From the NCBI GenBank assembly GCA_964016885.1, contig OZ024740.1:219604001-219668000 (forward strand): a stretch of DNA of 64,000 nt. The letters are read 5' to 3'. The DNA is from Eledone cirrhosa (lineage: Eukaryota). Shown here one piece after another: positions 12,256 to 26,239 of this stretch (positions within the stretch are counted from its first letter, which is position 1; every line of letters starts with the position of its first letter). Both the position numbers and the translations under genes were made by a program. The notes beneath the pieces were generated by a model that was not told the DNA's origin, did not search any database, and saw only the letters and a list, made by a program, of their open reading frames with translations.

Positions 12256-12369
12256 TAAAATAGATGTTCTTTTGATCAATTAAATTTTATTATACATATT
12301 TCAGAGGTACTGTTGTACCTCTGAAATATGTATAATAAAATTTAATTGATCAAAAGAACATCTATTTTA
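12256..12369. repeat. Perfect 55 bp-arm hairpin with tgtt loop
   Basis: 12256-12310 is the reverse complement of 12315-12369. Confidence 0.9.
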
Positions 12370-12575
12370 TTAATTTTTTTTTTAATATATATATATATAT
12401 ATATATATTGTCCCCTTTATTTACGTGTCCCAACGACTTTTTTTAGCCGTTGTTCGCACCAACCTGAGGTATATGGTCTTTAAAGTGATGAAATGCCTAG
12501 GACGGTTGGAGGGTCACTGATGAAGGACTTACCTTTTCATATGTAACCCATTTGCAACGCCGCAGCTCCATTATT

Positions 12576-12635
<60 letters not shown>

Positions 12636-12785
12636 CGTCATCATCATCATTTAATGTCTATTTTCTATGCTTTCATGAGAAAGACAAGTTGTCATGAGAC
12701 AAGTCAAGTCAAGTGAGCATGTCTTGCTCATACTCTCTGTGTGTATGTATATATATATGTGTGTGTGTTTGGATGTGTGTGCCTA

Positions 12786-12875
<90 letters not shown>

Positions 12876-13069
12876 TTGTTTCTACAGGACTAGAACTGTT
12901 TCATTTGAAAGAACTCATCAGGGATGTAAAAACAATGATATATGTATATATATACATATATCATTCGCTTTTACATTGACTTTTCCATGCTAGCATAGGT
13001 TGGACAGGGCATTTTGTGTCAACGTTTTACAAGCAGATGCTCTTCCTGACACTAACTCTAAATATGTTA

Positions 13070-13640
13070 GTTCATTATTAAAGTTTAAGGTGTTCTGAAT
13101 ACTAAAGAGGATTGTTTTCTTTTTTGATAAGCACACTAAGCAAAATTCTGATGCTGGTTTATAGGATTTAGCCTAATTAATAATGTTCTAAGAAGGGGCA
13201 TTTTGAATTTTTGAACATTTAATAATTTGCTAGCTGATCTTATATTAATATTTCTGATGGCATGTAGGTGTTGGCTTAAGCATAGTTTAAGTTTGTTGGA
13301 AGTTAATCCAGCGTAGTTGTTTTTATAGGTGTTAGAGAAGTTTCTTCTGATTGTTGTGAAAGTTGCATGATCTGGTTGTAGAGTTTGTATGATATCTGTT
13401 TAATTTTTTTTTTTTTTGTGGTTTATTTTTAAGAGGGATTGGGCTACGTTTAGTGGGGTATATAAACTTTGGGCATGTTTCTTTTTTTTTTTCCATGATG
13501 GGATTGTGGTAGAGTGTTTTTTAACCAGTTTTAGAAGGATTTAGTTACAGGGGTTGTTATTTGTAAGTTAAATAGAGTTGAGAATGTATCTGAGAACTTC
13601 ATGTTTTTGATTTCGTGTTATTGCTTTTAATATAGTGTAT
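13070..13640 (-). pseudogene. Possible old, decayed Penelope GIY-YIG region
   Basis: Minus-strand fragments such as LKLVKKH and KCPFLEH loosely echo the endonuclease linker and C-terminus of the element at 31254-32225; many stops. Confidence 0.3.
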
Positions 13641-13644
13641 TTAA

Positions 13645-13863
13645 CCCTTTAGCATTTATATTACTCTATATTTACTATTGTATTTTCATTGTGAAAGCTT
13701 TATCTTATATAATTATCTCACATAATATCGAATCTATGAGATTTTGATGTTATTTATTTTGAGAACAATATCTTAACGTCAGTATGAGTGGCCAGTTACG
13801 CCAGTTTGAACAAACAGAGGTGAGAGATTATGGTTGGATATGGCCGGTTTAAATGCTAAAGGG
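13645..13863. mobile_element. piggyBac-type MITE
   Basis: TTAA on both sides; TIRs CCCTTTAGCATTTA / TAAATGCTAAAGGG; further copies at 18496-19106, about 22110-22300, 24317-24536, about 42288-42510. Confidence 0.85.
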
Positions 13864-13983
13864 TTAATGTATAAAACTGCTATATTTTAAAGTATTATTT
13901 TCAGTTCAGGTATTTTCATTAATGCAAACAGATGTAAAACAGTAGTAGTAGTAGTGATGGTTGAGGTTTTGGTGGTGGTGACG

Positions 13984-14019
<36 letters not shown>

Positions 14020-14089
14020 ACAATGGTGGTGGATGAGAAGTAGGATGAGAATGATGATGATGTATTTTCTCTTTTTTTTTCTCTCACAG

Positions 14090-14188
14090 GAAACCGCCCC
14101 TAGTGTAATCAATTGGCAAGATTATGAAGGGAGAACAGCTTTACATTTAGCTGTAGCAGACGGCAATGAAGCAGTGGTCAAAGTGTTG
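14090..14188 (+). CDS. INVS: Inversin internal exon (ankyrin repeat), ETAPSVINWQDYEGRTALHLAVADGNEAVVKVL
   Basis: Polypyrimidine tract and CAG acceptor at 14087-14089; GTAAGT donor at 14189; 99 nt, phase 0/0. Peptide matches recalled vertebrate inversin NWQDYEGRTPLHFAVADGN. Confidence 0.93.
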
Positions 14189-15409
14189 GTAAGTGATTTA
14201 ATTTTAGTTTTCACTTTATTAAATAATACCTTAGGACAGAAGAATGTCAGGAAGTGATTTTGGCAGCATACTGACGTAGACATTTCATTACAATATAATG
14301 TTTAATCATATTTTATTACAATTTCACACAATCTTCTTTTAGTTGCATAAAATATAGGTGCTGGTATGACTGTGTGGTTTAAGAAGTTGAAGTTCATTTC
14401 ACAACCATGTGGCTCTGGGTTCTATCTCACTGATGATGATGTGTGGCACCATGGTCAAGTGTCTGCTACGATAGTCTTGGGTTGACCATTGCCTTGAGAG
14501 TGAAATTTAGTAGACCACTCTAAATGAATGATGGTAATTTGGTGTGCTACTCTGAGCCAGTAATTATACTTTTACACCGTTGCTCAAACTGCTACAATTA
14601 ACAGACAAATCTTATTTTAAGTTGACTCAACTGGCTTTAGAGGGATCAATATACTAAATGAAATAGTCTTGAATATAACATACTAAGAAAGAAGATGGGA
14701 TGATCATAGTTTAGATGCCGATTGAATCATGAAATTTTCAACATCTGTTACTTGTTAAAGAAGCAAGATGTCTAACCCTGCACAAGGACGAAATCTAAAA
14801 GTGATGGTTATGCATAAAACAAACTTGTAAACATCTATGAACTCTAAATTGTTTATGATATAATGCTCACACAAATATCCTCAAACGATACTATTAGCAT
14901 TAGACATTCTGCTAAAAATGCATGAGCTAAAATGCATGCTAAAAATGATGAGCAGGGCAGATTAGCAACTGCTGCACTCTGAATAAATCCACATTGCCCA
15001 TCTCTGTTGTGGCCAACACCAGATTCTAAAAGCATACAGAAACAGTAGAAAGAGTACAATATATCTACATTGCCAGGCTGTTAACTACTGCATGTCAGTG
15101 TGATGTATGGTCCTTAGTTAGGCAGAGATAGGGTATATTTAGGACAACAGGTCCATATGTCACACTCATTCATAGCTGGAATACTTTTGGCCATAGGACT
15201 GCTCAAACAAAATTGACAGGGAACTAAATAACAACATGTTTATGTTGTAGTTGAATTCTATGTTAGTCTTGATGGAGCAGATATCTGTTCAAAGATATTC
15301 CACATATTCCAGCCATGACCATATTGTCCTTTTCTCCAGGCATTGTTCACCTAAGACTACACTGACTAATGTGTTCATCATTTATAAGATGTTAAAGTGT
15401 AATATAAGT

Positions 15410-15927
15410 GAGATTTGGCTGTTATTTCTAACTGGTCGAATTTCTCTCTGGAAATGAACGGCCAGCGGTATGCTGCCTGCATGGAAGTGAAATATGTGCA
15501 GTAAATGCAGAGGATCTGCTGAGGTTGGGAAGAAATGAAGTGAGCATGCTTCGATGGATATATGATGTTAATACATATGAACAGCAATGCATGGATGGGC
15601 TGTGAGAAAAACAGGTATAAGAGATATCAAATGTAATGTGCAGGAGAGAAGACTGCACTGGTATGGACACTTGATGACTATGGATGATGATTTTTCAGTG
15701 AAGAAATGTTAGGAGTTCCCAGTGGAAGGAAATTGCAGTAGAGGAAGTTTAAGAAAGACCTGAGAAGAAGTGGTGAAAGTGGATCTCAAAATTCTGACCC
15801 TATCAGAGGAGATAATAAAATAATGCAGTAGGTGGAGGTAAGCTGTGCTGGAATAGATCCATCCATACCTTGCAAGCATGGAAAAGCAGATGTAAAAAGA
15901 TGATGATGATGATGATGATGATGATGT
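15410..15927 (+). mobile_element. Degenerate RTE LINE 3' end
   Basis: NEVSMLRWI, QERRLHWYGHL, RGSLRKT remnants followed by the family 3' end and (GAT)n tail. Confidence 0.8.
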
Positions 15928-16874
15928 AGAGGCTCTCCCATTGACTTATCAACTTATTTATTGTGAAGCATGCTGAATCATATGATGTTAGTGTCTCAGT
16001 AAGAGATATAGTACTATGGTCATGGCATCATGTGAACTACCAACTCTTCTGTTATTTCTTCTCCATCTTATCAACCTGCTGGTCAGCTGCAACTTCACAA
16101 TCTTTTAGAAACTACTAATTTATAAATTGGCAAATTAGATATAAATCTTACACTGAAGTTTGTGTTTAGCTATTAGCTAACCCTCCTACCTCATCATCTT
16201 AACAAATTTCCATTCAGAAAAAAAATCAATTTAATCGAATTTACCATAGTAATCATGTAGATATTAAAGACTATGTAATGTGAAATTAGCTACTATTTAA
16301 GTATCAGTGAAAGTAATTGAAGGCTAGTGTGATGTCGAACATAGTTGTGATTCACAAATAATAGTGGAGCAATTTAGATAAAGTAGGTATAGGAGGTTTT
16401 ATTGTAGTTGAAGCTATTCATATTTTAATTTAACGGAAGTTTGATCACCAAAGTTTTGAAGGGCTTTATCTTCTCATTCGGGTCATTGTTATTTTCCGAT
16501 TAAAATCAGAAGAGATTTATTAATATGTTAGGTACTTTGGGAAATGGTTTTGACACCCGCTCCACTCTTTTTGATTATGTGTAAGATGGATGATTCTACA
16601 AATTTAACATTTCAATTCAGGCAAATTTGTATGCTGCAAGTGTTTAACAAGGAAGGTGACTCCTTGCAGTCCACTGCTCATGTGAAATGAAATTACATGA
16701 GAACACAGACTAGAATCATTATTATTGATTTTTACATTAAATCCAACTTAGAGTTAGTGCCTTCAACACACGTTTTTTTTTTTTTATTACTATAGTCTAA
16801 GTTGGGCATATGAGACCTTGGAGACAGAAAGAAGTGAAGAGTGTCACCTGGGAGATGCTGTTAGATTTTATTTT

Positions 16875-17170
16875 GTAGCACTCTCTAGACAGGGAAGTAG
16901 TTAGAGTTACTTCCCGTCAAAAGTCTAGAACCCTCTTTTGCAACTTCCGGAAAGAGCTTATAAATAGCGGCAACACAGCCAGCTCTTTCTCTCTTTGGCG
17001 CCTTTCCTTCAAACCGACAACACTGAAGATGAACATGTTAATCACGGGCTTTGGACTATACCTAAATATGTACGAGGATATTTGTGTACAGCAATTATAA
17101 CGGAGTTACAATAAAATGAAGACTTGTATTCGATATGGTGTTTTGTAAATATATCTTATCCTTTTCTGTA
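16875..17170 (+). mobile_element. Possible solo LTR
   Basis: Begins TGTAG; CpG-richer than flanks; TATAAATA near 16959 and AATAAA near 17110; 3' CA end and TSD not resolved. Confidence 0.35.
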
Positions 17171-18691
17171 TAAAATTTAGTAGTTAGATTCCGGTGATAT
17201 TTAATCAAGTAAATAATCCTGGGTCTGGCAATTCACTAAAATTTGAAAAATTTGGAACTCACTCGATGATTCTAAATTATTTTTAATGATTTATTTGAGA
17301 AGAAGGAGCTGTACCAGTGTTATTTTCTGGCCATTTGATGTGCTCACCTTGAAGAGCTGCTATTTGATGGCTGCAGTAAAAAAAAAGCCGTGTGCAGGGA
17401 GGGAATTCTAGAGGGTTGACATTCTGGGGAGGAAGGACTGGGTATAGGGGTTTATGCTGGGTGGGGTAGACAAAATATGGTTGATGAGAGGAGAGACAAG
17501 TGAGTCAGATCTACTTGAATAGACATGGCAGCAAATCAGTCTGTTCTGAAGAGCAAAAACTAGTGAGAAAAGATAGTGAGGATTTTACATATCTGTGGGT
17601 CAAAGGCGTGTGTGATTTACAAAGCTAGTATGGTATGATGGGACCGGTGGGGGGGGGGGGGATAAAGAGAGTTATACAGGCTAATCCTCCTGTTTACCAT
17701 CCTAGCCTTATTTCTCCCACTCCCAAAATACCTCCCCTACTCACCAAATTCCCCCCACCCCAGCATCAGCCATATTGTGCTCCGCCTCCCACGCTACCTC
17801 ATTCCCAATTTCTTTCCCTAAACAACCCATGTCAGCATGGAAGAAGGATATGACCCCACCCCCTACTCCCACCCACATACCTTATTCACACCCTTGTCTA
17901 ACCCATGCCAACATGGAAAGTCAAATACAACTCACTTTCTCCAAAGCCACACCCTATGACCCAATGCTTCCTCTCCTGTGGTGGTATGACTCCCCCCCCC
18001 CACCCCTCATTATTTCCTATCAATACCTCCCCCAGGAATGGTGTCACAATAAAAACTCATCCAGCCCACTCTGTAAAGTAGTAATGCTGGTGCCAGGAAG
18101 AAAAGCACCTAGTCCACACTGTAAGGTGCTAGCTAGTGTTGGTGCCATTACAAAAGCAGCCTGTCTACTCTGTAAGGCAGCAGTACCAGAGTCATGATAA
18201 ACGTCCCCAGCATGTGCTGTAAAGTGGTAGGCCTTAGGAAGAACATCCAGCCATAAAACCCAAGCCCAAAATGGAACGTACAAGCAAAACATGGTAACAT
18301 GACTAGTCTAGCCTCAAAGTGTGACAACCTTTCTAACTCATGCAAGCATGGAAAATAGACGACAACAACGATGATTATGGCAACGACAAGGGTGAGTGTA
18401 TGTTTGTGTGACATAAAAAATTCATACATGTTTCAGATGAGGATCATTCATTTGAAAAGGTATCAGAGGAAAGGTTGTTGGGAGTTGTCTGTTAACCCTT
18501 TAGCATTCAAACCAGCCATATCTGGTCAGAATTCTCTCACCTCTTTCTGTTCAAACCGGCTATAACCAGCTGCTCACACTAATGTTAAAGTATTGTTCTC
18601 AAAATAAATAATATCAAACTCTCATAGATTCGATATTATGTGAGATAATTATGTGAGGTAAAGCCTTTACCATGAAAATATGATAGTAAAT

Positions 18692-19078
18692 CTTGCCAAC
18701 AACCCTGAGCACCTTTTCCATTTCCATGTGTATAACACACGTGGACATATCCACAAAGTCAGAAAACAGCAGTTCCCATGACTTTCGGAAACATTTTTTC
18801 ACGCTCAGAGTTGCTGAAGCATGGAACAAACTGCCTGCATCAGTTGTTAGCTGCTGAGACACTGCACCCTTTAAAACCTCCATGCTTCCCGAGATTCGCC
18901 AACACTACACCTAATGTTCCCCCTCCATACACATGCACACATGTGTATATCATGACTCATACACTATTCACTTTCCTGACATTTGTATATTATTCTATGT
19001 ACTATATATGCACCTTTGACGAGTTGTGGTGCACCTGAGCACTTTACACAATAATTTCATTATTATTATTATTATTAT
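18692..19078 (+). mobile_element. CR1/L2-type LINE 3' fragment nested in a piggyBac MITE
   Basis: TRGHIHKV, DFRKHFFTLRVAEAWNKLPASVV; (ATT)n tail; MITE sequence resumes at about 19079. Confidence 0.8.
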
Positions 19079-19403
19079 AAATATAGAGTAATGTAAATGC
19101 TAAAGGTTAAACTAAAATAAACTTAAAATCCTTATCAGTTATAAACATGTAGCGCCGTTATAAACATTTACATTGATAGTCTTTGAATAGTTGAGTTTCT
19201 TTACCATTCATGTCTGTTAGTGATGGCTGAGGTGGTAAATTAGCAGAATCATTAGGGGAGCAGATAGAATACTTTGTTGTATTCCTTTTGACTCTTGGAG
19301 CTTTGAGTTCAAATTCTGCTGAAGCCAAATTTGCCTTTCATCCTTTCAAGGTCGATAAATGAAATACCAGTCAAGTACTAGGGTCAATTTCTTCACTGTC
19401 TCT

Positions 19404-19486
<83 letters not shown>

Positions 19487-22400
19487 TTTCCTTTTCCATC
19501 TCTCCCCCATCTCTCTTTCCTTCCACCCCTCTCTTTTTTCTTTCCTTCCCCATCTCTCTCTCTCTCTCTCTCTCTCCTCCTTCCCACTCTCTCAACCAGC
19601 TATGTGAAGTGGCTAAGAAAGGAGTATTCACATCATGACTCCAACAATTCTTCACCCCAGCATTGTGAACACAAAAAGAAAGAAAGAAAGAATGATAGGT
19701 GACAAAATAATTTCAGTTTTAATTTTCATTTAAATTCTTCAATCTGATAAGAATGATGATAGATGATAAATCTTACACATAAGTATTATATTTCATTCTT
19801 GATATCTTTATATAATCTTTTATTTTTGTTCTAAGAAATGTATGAAGTGACAGCTTAAAGGAGGAAAAACATCATTTAGTAATTTATCATATATACTTGT
19901 GAATAAGTTTAACCTTTCTTGATGAAAATATAATGCGAACAACAATGTGAACTACTAGTGTCCCCCCTATCTACTGGACCTACTAAACCTCAATTTATAA
20001 TATATGGTACACTGTTTGAGCAAGGTATAGTGCAGGATCACCCAGGACCACCCAGTTCCACACTTAAATATGGTTGGTGTTAGGAAGAGCATCCAGCTGT
20101 AAAAAAAAAAATGTTCAGCCAAAATACAGTTTGAGCAAGGTACAGCATGGCCAGACTTGCCTCATAGCATGGACAACCTATCTAACCTATGTAAGCATGG
20201 AAAAATATGACGTTAAACTGTGATGATGATGATGATTGTAAATGTTCATAGGGATATATATGAGTGGATATATGATATCCTCACTGCTACTGAGAAAGCT
20301 GTGACATGATCACAGCTTTTAAAAGAATTAATAGCGAGACTTTTGTATGTTTATTATACATAAACATATCATATATTCTTTCATATACACCCTTTTGATG
20401 AACTGTGCTATGTTAGTGCCACTTTTATTTGTAAATGTTGTATGTAAAATGGTGCAGTTTACCAGTATCACCTATATACAAGTAGACATGGTAGCTACTG
20501 GATATAGAAAGAAATTTGGTCCACTGATGTATTGCTTCATCTCTCTGCCTTTTCTGTCATTACTAAAGTGACATTTGCTTCTCAGAGTTGGCTGCTCTCA
20601 TGTTATCTCTCTTCTGGAATTTCTGACTCATTTGTCCCTTCTCTTGTCGTCCCTTTTGCATCCACCACCACCCTCATGCCCCACACTAACCACTTTGCCT
20701 AGTCCACTTTTCTCGGAATGTTGTCACTCTTAAAATATCTTCCTCTCCATACTTTTCCTGCAGTCATTAACCTACAACTATTCAATAGAAATATTAATTG
20801 TGTTGGGCTCAACAGAACTCAAAAGCTCTGCAAAGGAAGCAGAAGACATGGCCCCTTTCCCCAGACCTAATCAATATATATATGAACTGCATGACAAAAA
20901 GCACCCAGTACTCGCTGTAAATGAGGTTGATGTTAGGAAGAGCATCCAGCTGTAGAAACCAAGCCGAAATCAGTTCTGTATGAGCAAGACATTGTCTCCT
21001 GATCTAGCATTGCCCACAACAGGACAACCTGTCTAACCCATGCTAGCGTGGAAAAATGGACGTAAATTCGTGATGATGATGATGATGATGATGCTTGATT
21101 AATTGGTTGAGATTCTACAACCCTTACTTTCATCAGCGGCTATGAGAGTGAGCAGGTTGTATTTATTGTAACACCAACACATAGAGACTGTTCTGTATCA
21201 GTCCCCCACCCCTGTAGTAGTGTGTTCTCCTAGATAGGTTGCCTTATAAAACCACATTTCTCTCGTTTAGTGGATGAAAGCCCTTTATACATTTTTGGAG
21301 TGTTTGACTTTCTAGAAGGGTTGCTTTCACAATGGTTAAAGAAAATGATGTTTCAGTCAATGATTAGATCAGACATGGGGGCAAAAGAGATGACTAGCAA
21401 GAGACTAGGGCAGGTGGCAGTTGTTCAGTGGAAGGGAACACTTTATGTTGCCTAGGGGTAACAGAGGAAGGAGATAAATAGAAGAAGCATAATCTGTTGG
21501 ATGTGTTATGTTTTCCTGTATGCAAGATGAGAGAGAGAGTGTGTGTGCATGTGAAAGAGAGAAAGAGTGTGCGTGAGTGAGAGTGAGTGTTTGTGAGAGT
21601 GAGAGAGAGAGGAAAGGAGAGACAGAATAAGAGAGAGAGATAGAAAGAGAGTGTCTGTGTGTGAGAGAGAAAGAGAATGCGAGAGGGAGAGATAGAAAGC
21701 AGCTAGGTATTAAATGCATTTGTTGATGTATGCAGCATGGACGGTGGGGCTGTTGTGAACAGAACAGTTGATACAAAAGAAAGATGAATGCTGTGTGGAA
21801 TGGCACTGCATACCACCCTAGGAAGGTATCTACAGAACTACAGCAAAGAAAGACCAAAGATTATGTGATGAGTTTTTATCTCAGAATATTGAGCAATGTC
21901 AAGCCTAGTACTTTATTGAGCTATGTCAAGCCTAGTTAGTACTTTAATGAGTGAATGTTTGGGAAATATAGGCGCTATAAGCATCTTTTTCTTTTTCAAT
22001 TACCTTTGAAGACATCTATTTTAAATGACAGTAGCAGTTACAAAATAATCATGCTCACAACATTTTTCTTTAACTGTCACCAGTAAATATACACCACTTC
22101 CCTTATCTAACCCTTTAGCATTTAAACTGTCTGTATTCAGCCAGAATTCTCTCACCTCTTTCTGTTCAAACCGGTCATAATTGGCCACTCATACTTATGT
22201 TAAGGTATTGTTCTCAAAATAAATAATATCAAAATCTCATAGATTCAATATTATGTGAAAATACAATAGTAAATATAGAGTAATGTAAATGGTAAAGTGT
22301 AAAGTATCAAAAGATCAAAACAAAATTTGGGGTTAGGGGTTCTGCACGGAAGACCTATCCAAAATTTGTAAGCCTAGAAAGATCAATGTTAAAGCAATAA

Positions 22401-23796
22401 AGATGATGAGGTAAATGTAAGTTGATTGAAAATTGGTTTTCTTGTTTGTTTATTTCAAAATATATAAAAATAATTATAGCATGGAAGAGTTACTTTATCC
22501 ATTAAAGAAATACATAAAAACTGTTATGTTGATTGCTGTAGAATGTCAGCCAGGAGAGGGATGTGCTTCACTGGGCTGTATTTGCCCAAGATACGCTACA
22601 TAAGCAGTGCACCCACAACCGAGGAGGATCAAGGAAAAAATGAAGAATTATATCAGAAACCAAGTTGCAAAGAATGCAACAGAAATTTTGACACTACAAA
22701 ATAACTGATAATTGAAAAATGAATATACTAGTTGTTTTTTGTTTTGTGTGTGCATGTGTGCATATGCGTATGTTTGTGTGCATGCATGTGTGTGTGAGTT
22801 TTGGAATAGCTAGAAGAACTCTTTCATAATATAATTGCTTCAGTTTCAACACATGGTCTCAAATCAAGTAACTTGCCAAACAAATACAATTCTGAAATAA
22901 AAATAGCTGTCAATATGTAACAAGCTACTTTGTAATATGTCAGTAGCTCTTCCATTCAGCTAGGTAAGACCTCTAATTATATGATTGTTAAACTTCATAT
23001 TTGGTTTTTTTTACAACTATGTTCATTGATGTAGATTTACAGAAACACAATCACGTGTACATCAATATATATATATGTATATACTAACAAATCTATGCCT
23101 GTAGTTTCTAAGATCTGTGTATAATATATGGACACAGGTATGGCTGACTGGTTGAGAGGTTTACTTTATAACCATCATGTCCAAGGTTCAATATCACAGT
23201 GTGGCATCCAATTGTTTTATTCGGATATTTTTATTTTTTCTATGTATTTGTTAATTTTTGGAAGAGAGTAGTGGATTGGCAGAATTGGTAGAGCATCAAA
23301 TAAAATGCCATAACAGTATTTGTTCTGGCTCTTTATATTCTCAGTTCAAATTCTGTTGAGGCCAACTTTACCTTTCATTCTGGAGTTGATAAAATAAAGT
23401 ATTGGTCAAGTACTGGCGTTAATTTAATCAATTTTGCCCTTCCCTCAAATTTTCTGGTTTTAAAACTAAACCTTATTTAGTAACTGTGGTGTTAAATAAA
23501 TAAAGGAGATTGCTGTGGTTCTTTGTTAAAAAGACTGTGAAACTACTTGAAAATAGGCCAATATAAGCCGACCTCACTATTTTATGTTTGAGAAATGAGC
23601 AAAAATTCAAACTTTATTTACATGAAATGTGAAATTGGTCAAAATTGTTAAAATATTGACCCTGAATATAAGCAGGCACCAATTTCTACCATTGATTTTT
23701 TGGTCACATATATTCAAGTATATTGGTAAATTTTCTTTTCTTAGACAGATAAAATGGACATAGCATGCCTGAATGGTTGAGGGGTTAATATTAAAG

Positions 23797-24102
23797 TAGT
23801 GTTTCCCAACCTTTTTTATGCCAGCACCCCTAAAAAATGTTTAATATGGTCTCACACTTCTTAAAAAAGTAATAATTTATTTTAGGATAAAGAAGACGAA
23901 TTAATACTAAATTCGAGCGACAAATTTATATAATCTAATTTGTTAATAAAACAAAAATGAAACATATGGAACAGAAAAAATATTATAACAAATTAAAGCT
24001 TGAATAAATCCTAAAAATTAAATTATCATTGTTATGTTACACCCCTGGAATGTTACCGCGCATTCCCAGGGGGGTGCAAGCACCCCTAGTTGGGAAACCC
24101 TG
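23797..24102. mobile_element. hAT (Charlie-like) MITE
   Basis: TIRs tagtgtttcccaac / gttgggaaaccctg; perfect 8 bp TSD tattaaag (23789-23796, 24103-24110). Confidence 0.9.
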
Positions 24103-24316
24103 TATTAAAGTCTTGAAATTCCAGGTACAATCTTGCCATGTGGCATCTCGGGCAAATGTCTTTACCATAGTCTCGGATCAACCCATGATTTGTGAGTGCA
24201 ATTCTGTAGATGGAAACAGTGTAAAAAAGACCACCAGATGGATTGCATCTGTAATTCAAAAGACCAACATTATTACATATTGTGTCATACTGATTTGGCT
24301 TTGGAAGTTATGTTAA

Positions 24317-24536
24317 CCCTTTAGCATTCAAACCAGCCATATCTGGCCAGAATTTTCTCACCCCCTTTCTGTTCAAACTGGCCTCCATACGTATGTTAAG
24401 GTATTGTTCTCAAAATAAATAATATCAAACTCTCATAGATTCGATATTATGTGAGATATTATTCGATATTATGTGAGGTAAATCCTTTACCATGAAAATA
24501 TAATAGTAAATATAGAGCAATGTAAATGTTACAGGG
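24317..24536. mobile_element. piggyBac-type MITE
   Basis: TTAA-CCCTTTAGCATT ... GGG-TTAA; same family as 13645-13863. Confidence 0.82.
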
Positions 24537-25489
24537 TTAAAGCTACATGTACCTGTTGAATACTCAGCCACTTATGTGTAATTTAATGAGTCAGATGTGC
24601 AGTTCATTAAGCAGCTGAATGCTTATCATTGAAACATGAAGATCCACCAGGTTTTAATATAGATAAATTCCTGTAGTTTTTATCTTTATTGAGGGATAGG
24701 CTTTATGCAATTTTTGTTTCTCGTGAGCATATGTGTTTGTGTATATGTATTTGTATGTGTATATATCTGTTATGTATTTTTTGTGTGTATGTGTTTGCGT
24801 TCATATCTTTGTGTATTGTGTGTGTTGTACAGCTATGTGTATATGTAATTGTGTTTTTGAGTGCATGTGTTTGTGTATATGTGTCATCATCATCATCATT
24901 TAACTTCTGAAGTGTGTGTATTTGTATATGTATGTGTGTGTTTGTTTGCATGTTTATGTATTAGTATGTGTATATATCTATATGAGGATGCGTTTGTATA
25001 TGTGGATATGTTTGTATTTTTTGTATGTATTTGTATGTGTGTGTGTGTTTGTTTATATATATGTATGTATATATATGTGTGTGTGTAAAAAATATCCACA
25101 TATAATAAATAAACAATTAGATATACATCAATAGCTTTACCTTTCTTTTAGCTGTTTATCTACCTGAAATCAAACTATGACATTATTGATTCATATTATT
25201 GATCACCAATGTTTGTTTTCTCTCTTACCTATGATGTGACCAAGCACAAGTATTGGTCATCACATTTCTATAATATTCTATCTTATTTATTTCATTGGTT
25301 AGTAGTATGTTCCATTGAGTTGAGTTAACCTTTTCTTGATCATATTTCTAATAAATGAAACTGTCTATGATGTTTAAATGATATTGAAAATGATAAAGAA
25401 TTTGAAGGAATTCAATAACATAACTAAGATTTTCATTATTTATCAGGTGCTTAGAACATAGCAAAGGTCCTTACATAAAAATATAATAA

Positions 25490-25962
25490 TAATATAATAA
25501 CAAAATTATTGTGTACACTGCTCAGGTGCACTACAACTCATCAAAGGTGCATGTATAGTTCATAGAATAATGTACAAATGTCAGGAAAGTGAAAAGTGTA
25601 TGGAGTCATGATATACATGTGTGCGTGTGTATGGAGGGGAAATATCAGGTGTAATGTTGCGAATTTCTGGAAGCATGGAGGTTTTAAAGGATGCAGAGTC
25701 CATGCAGCTAACAACCGATGTAGGTAGTTTGTTCCATGCTTCAGCAACTCTGAACATGAAAAAATGTTTCCGAAAGTCATGGGATCTGTGCTGATTCTGA
25801 CTTTGTAGCCATGCCCACGGGTGTTAGACATGGAATTCAAAAAGGTGCTCAGGGTTGTTGTTGGCAAGATGATTAATAACTTTGTGGGTGTTTACCAAGT
25901 CATTTGCCAGACATTGGAGTTTCAATGTATCCATGCCCAGGGAAGGAAGGTGTTCAGAGTAT
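25490..25962 (-). mobile_element. CR1/L2-type LINE 3' fragment
   Basis: LPYSEHLPSLGMDTLK, DLVNTHKVIN, NTRGHGYKV, FRKHFF; homologous to 18692-19078. Confidence 0.8.
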
Positions 25963-26239
25963 GGAAGTTTTGAGATAAATATAAACACTAACCCTTTCAT
26001 TACCATATTTTTAATGAAAGACACTGTATATGATTTCCAAATAATACTGAAAATAATCATCTGGAGAGATTTAAAAATATGACTCCTTATTTATCTGGTG
26101 TTTGGAACATAACTTAAGAATTGTTCTTACATAAAATGATGAAAGGTTGATAGCAACCAAACTATGATGATATAGGATTGAGAGGTGCCTTTAAGTCCTG
26201 TTGAAGACATAACAACTTCTATAGTACCAAAATGCATCA

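Noticed and set aside
12470-12550. CTGATGA agg-actta-cct ... catatg TA accc hammerhead-like string
   Set aside because: GAAA is replaced by ttt; at best a dead remnant.
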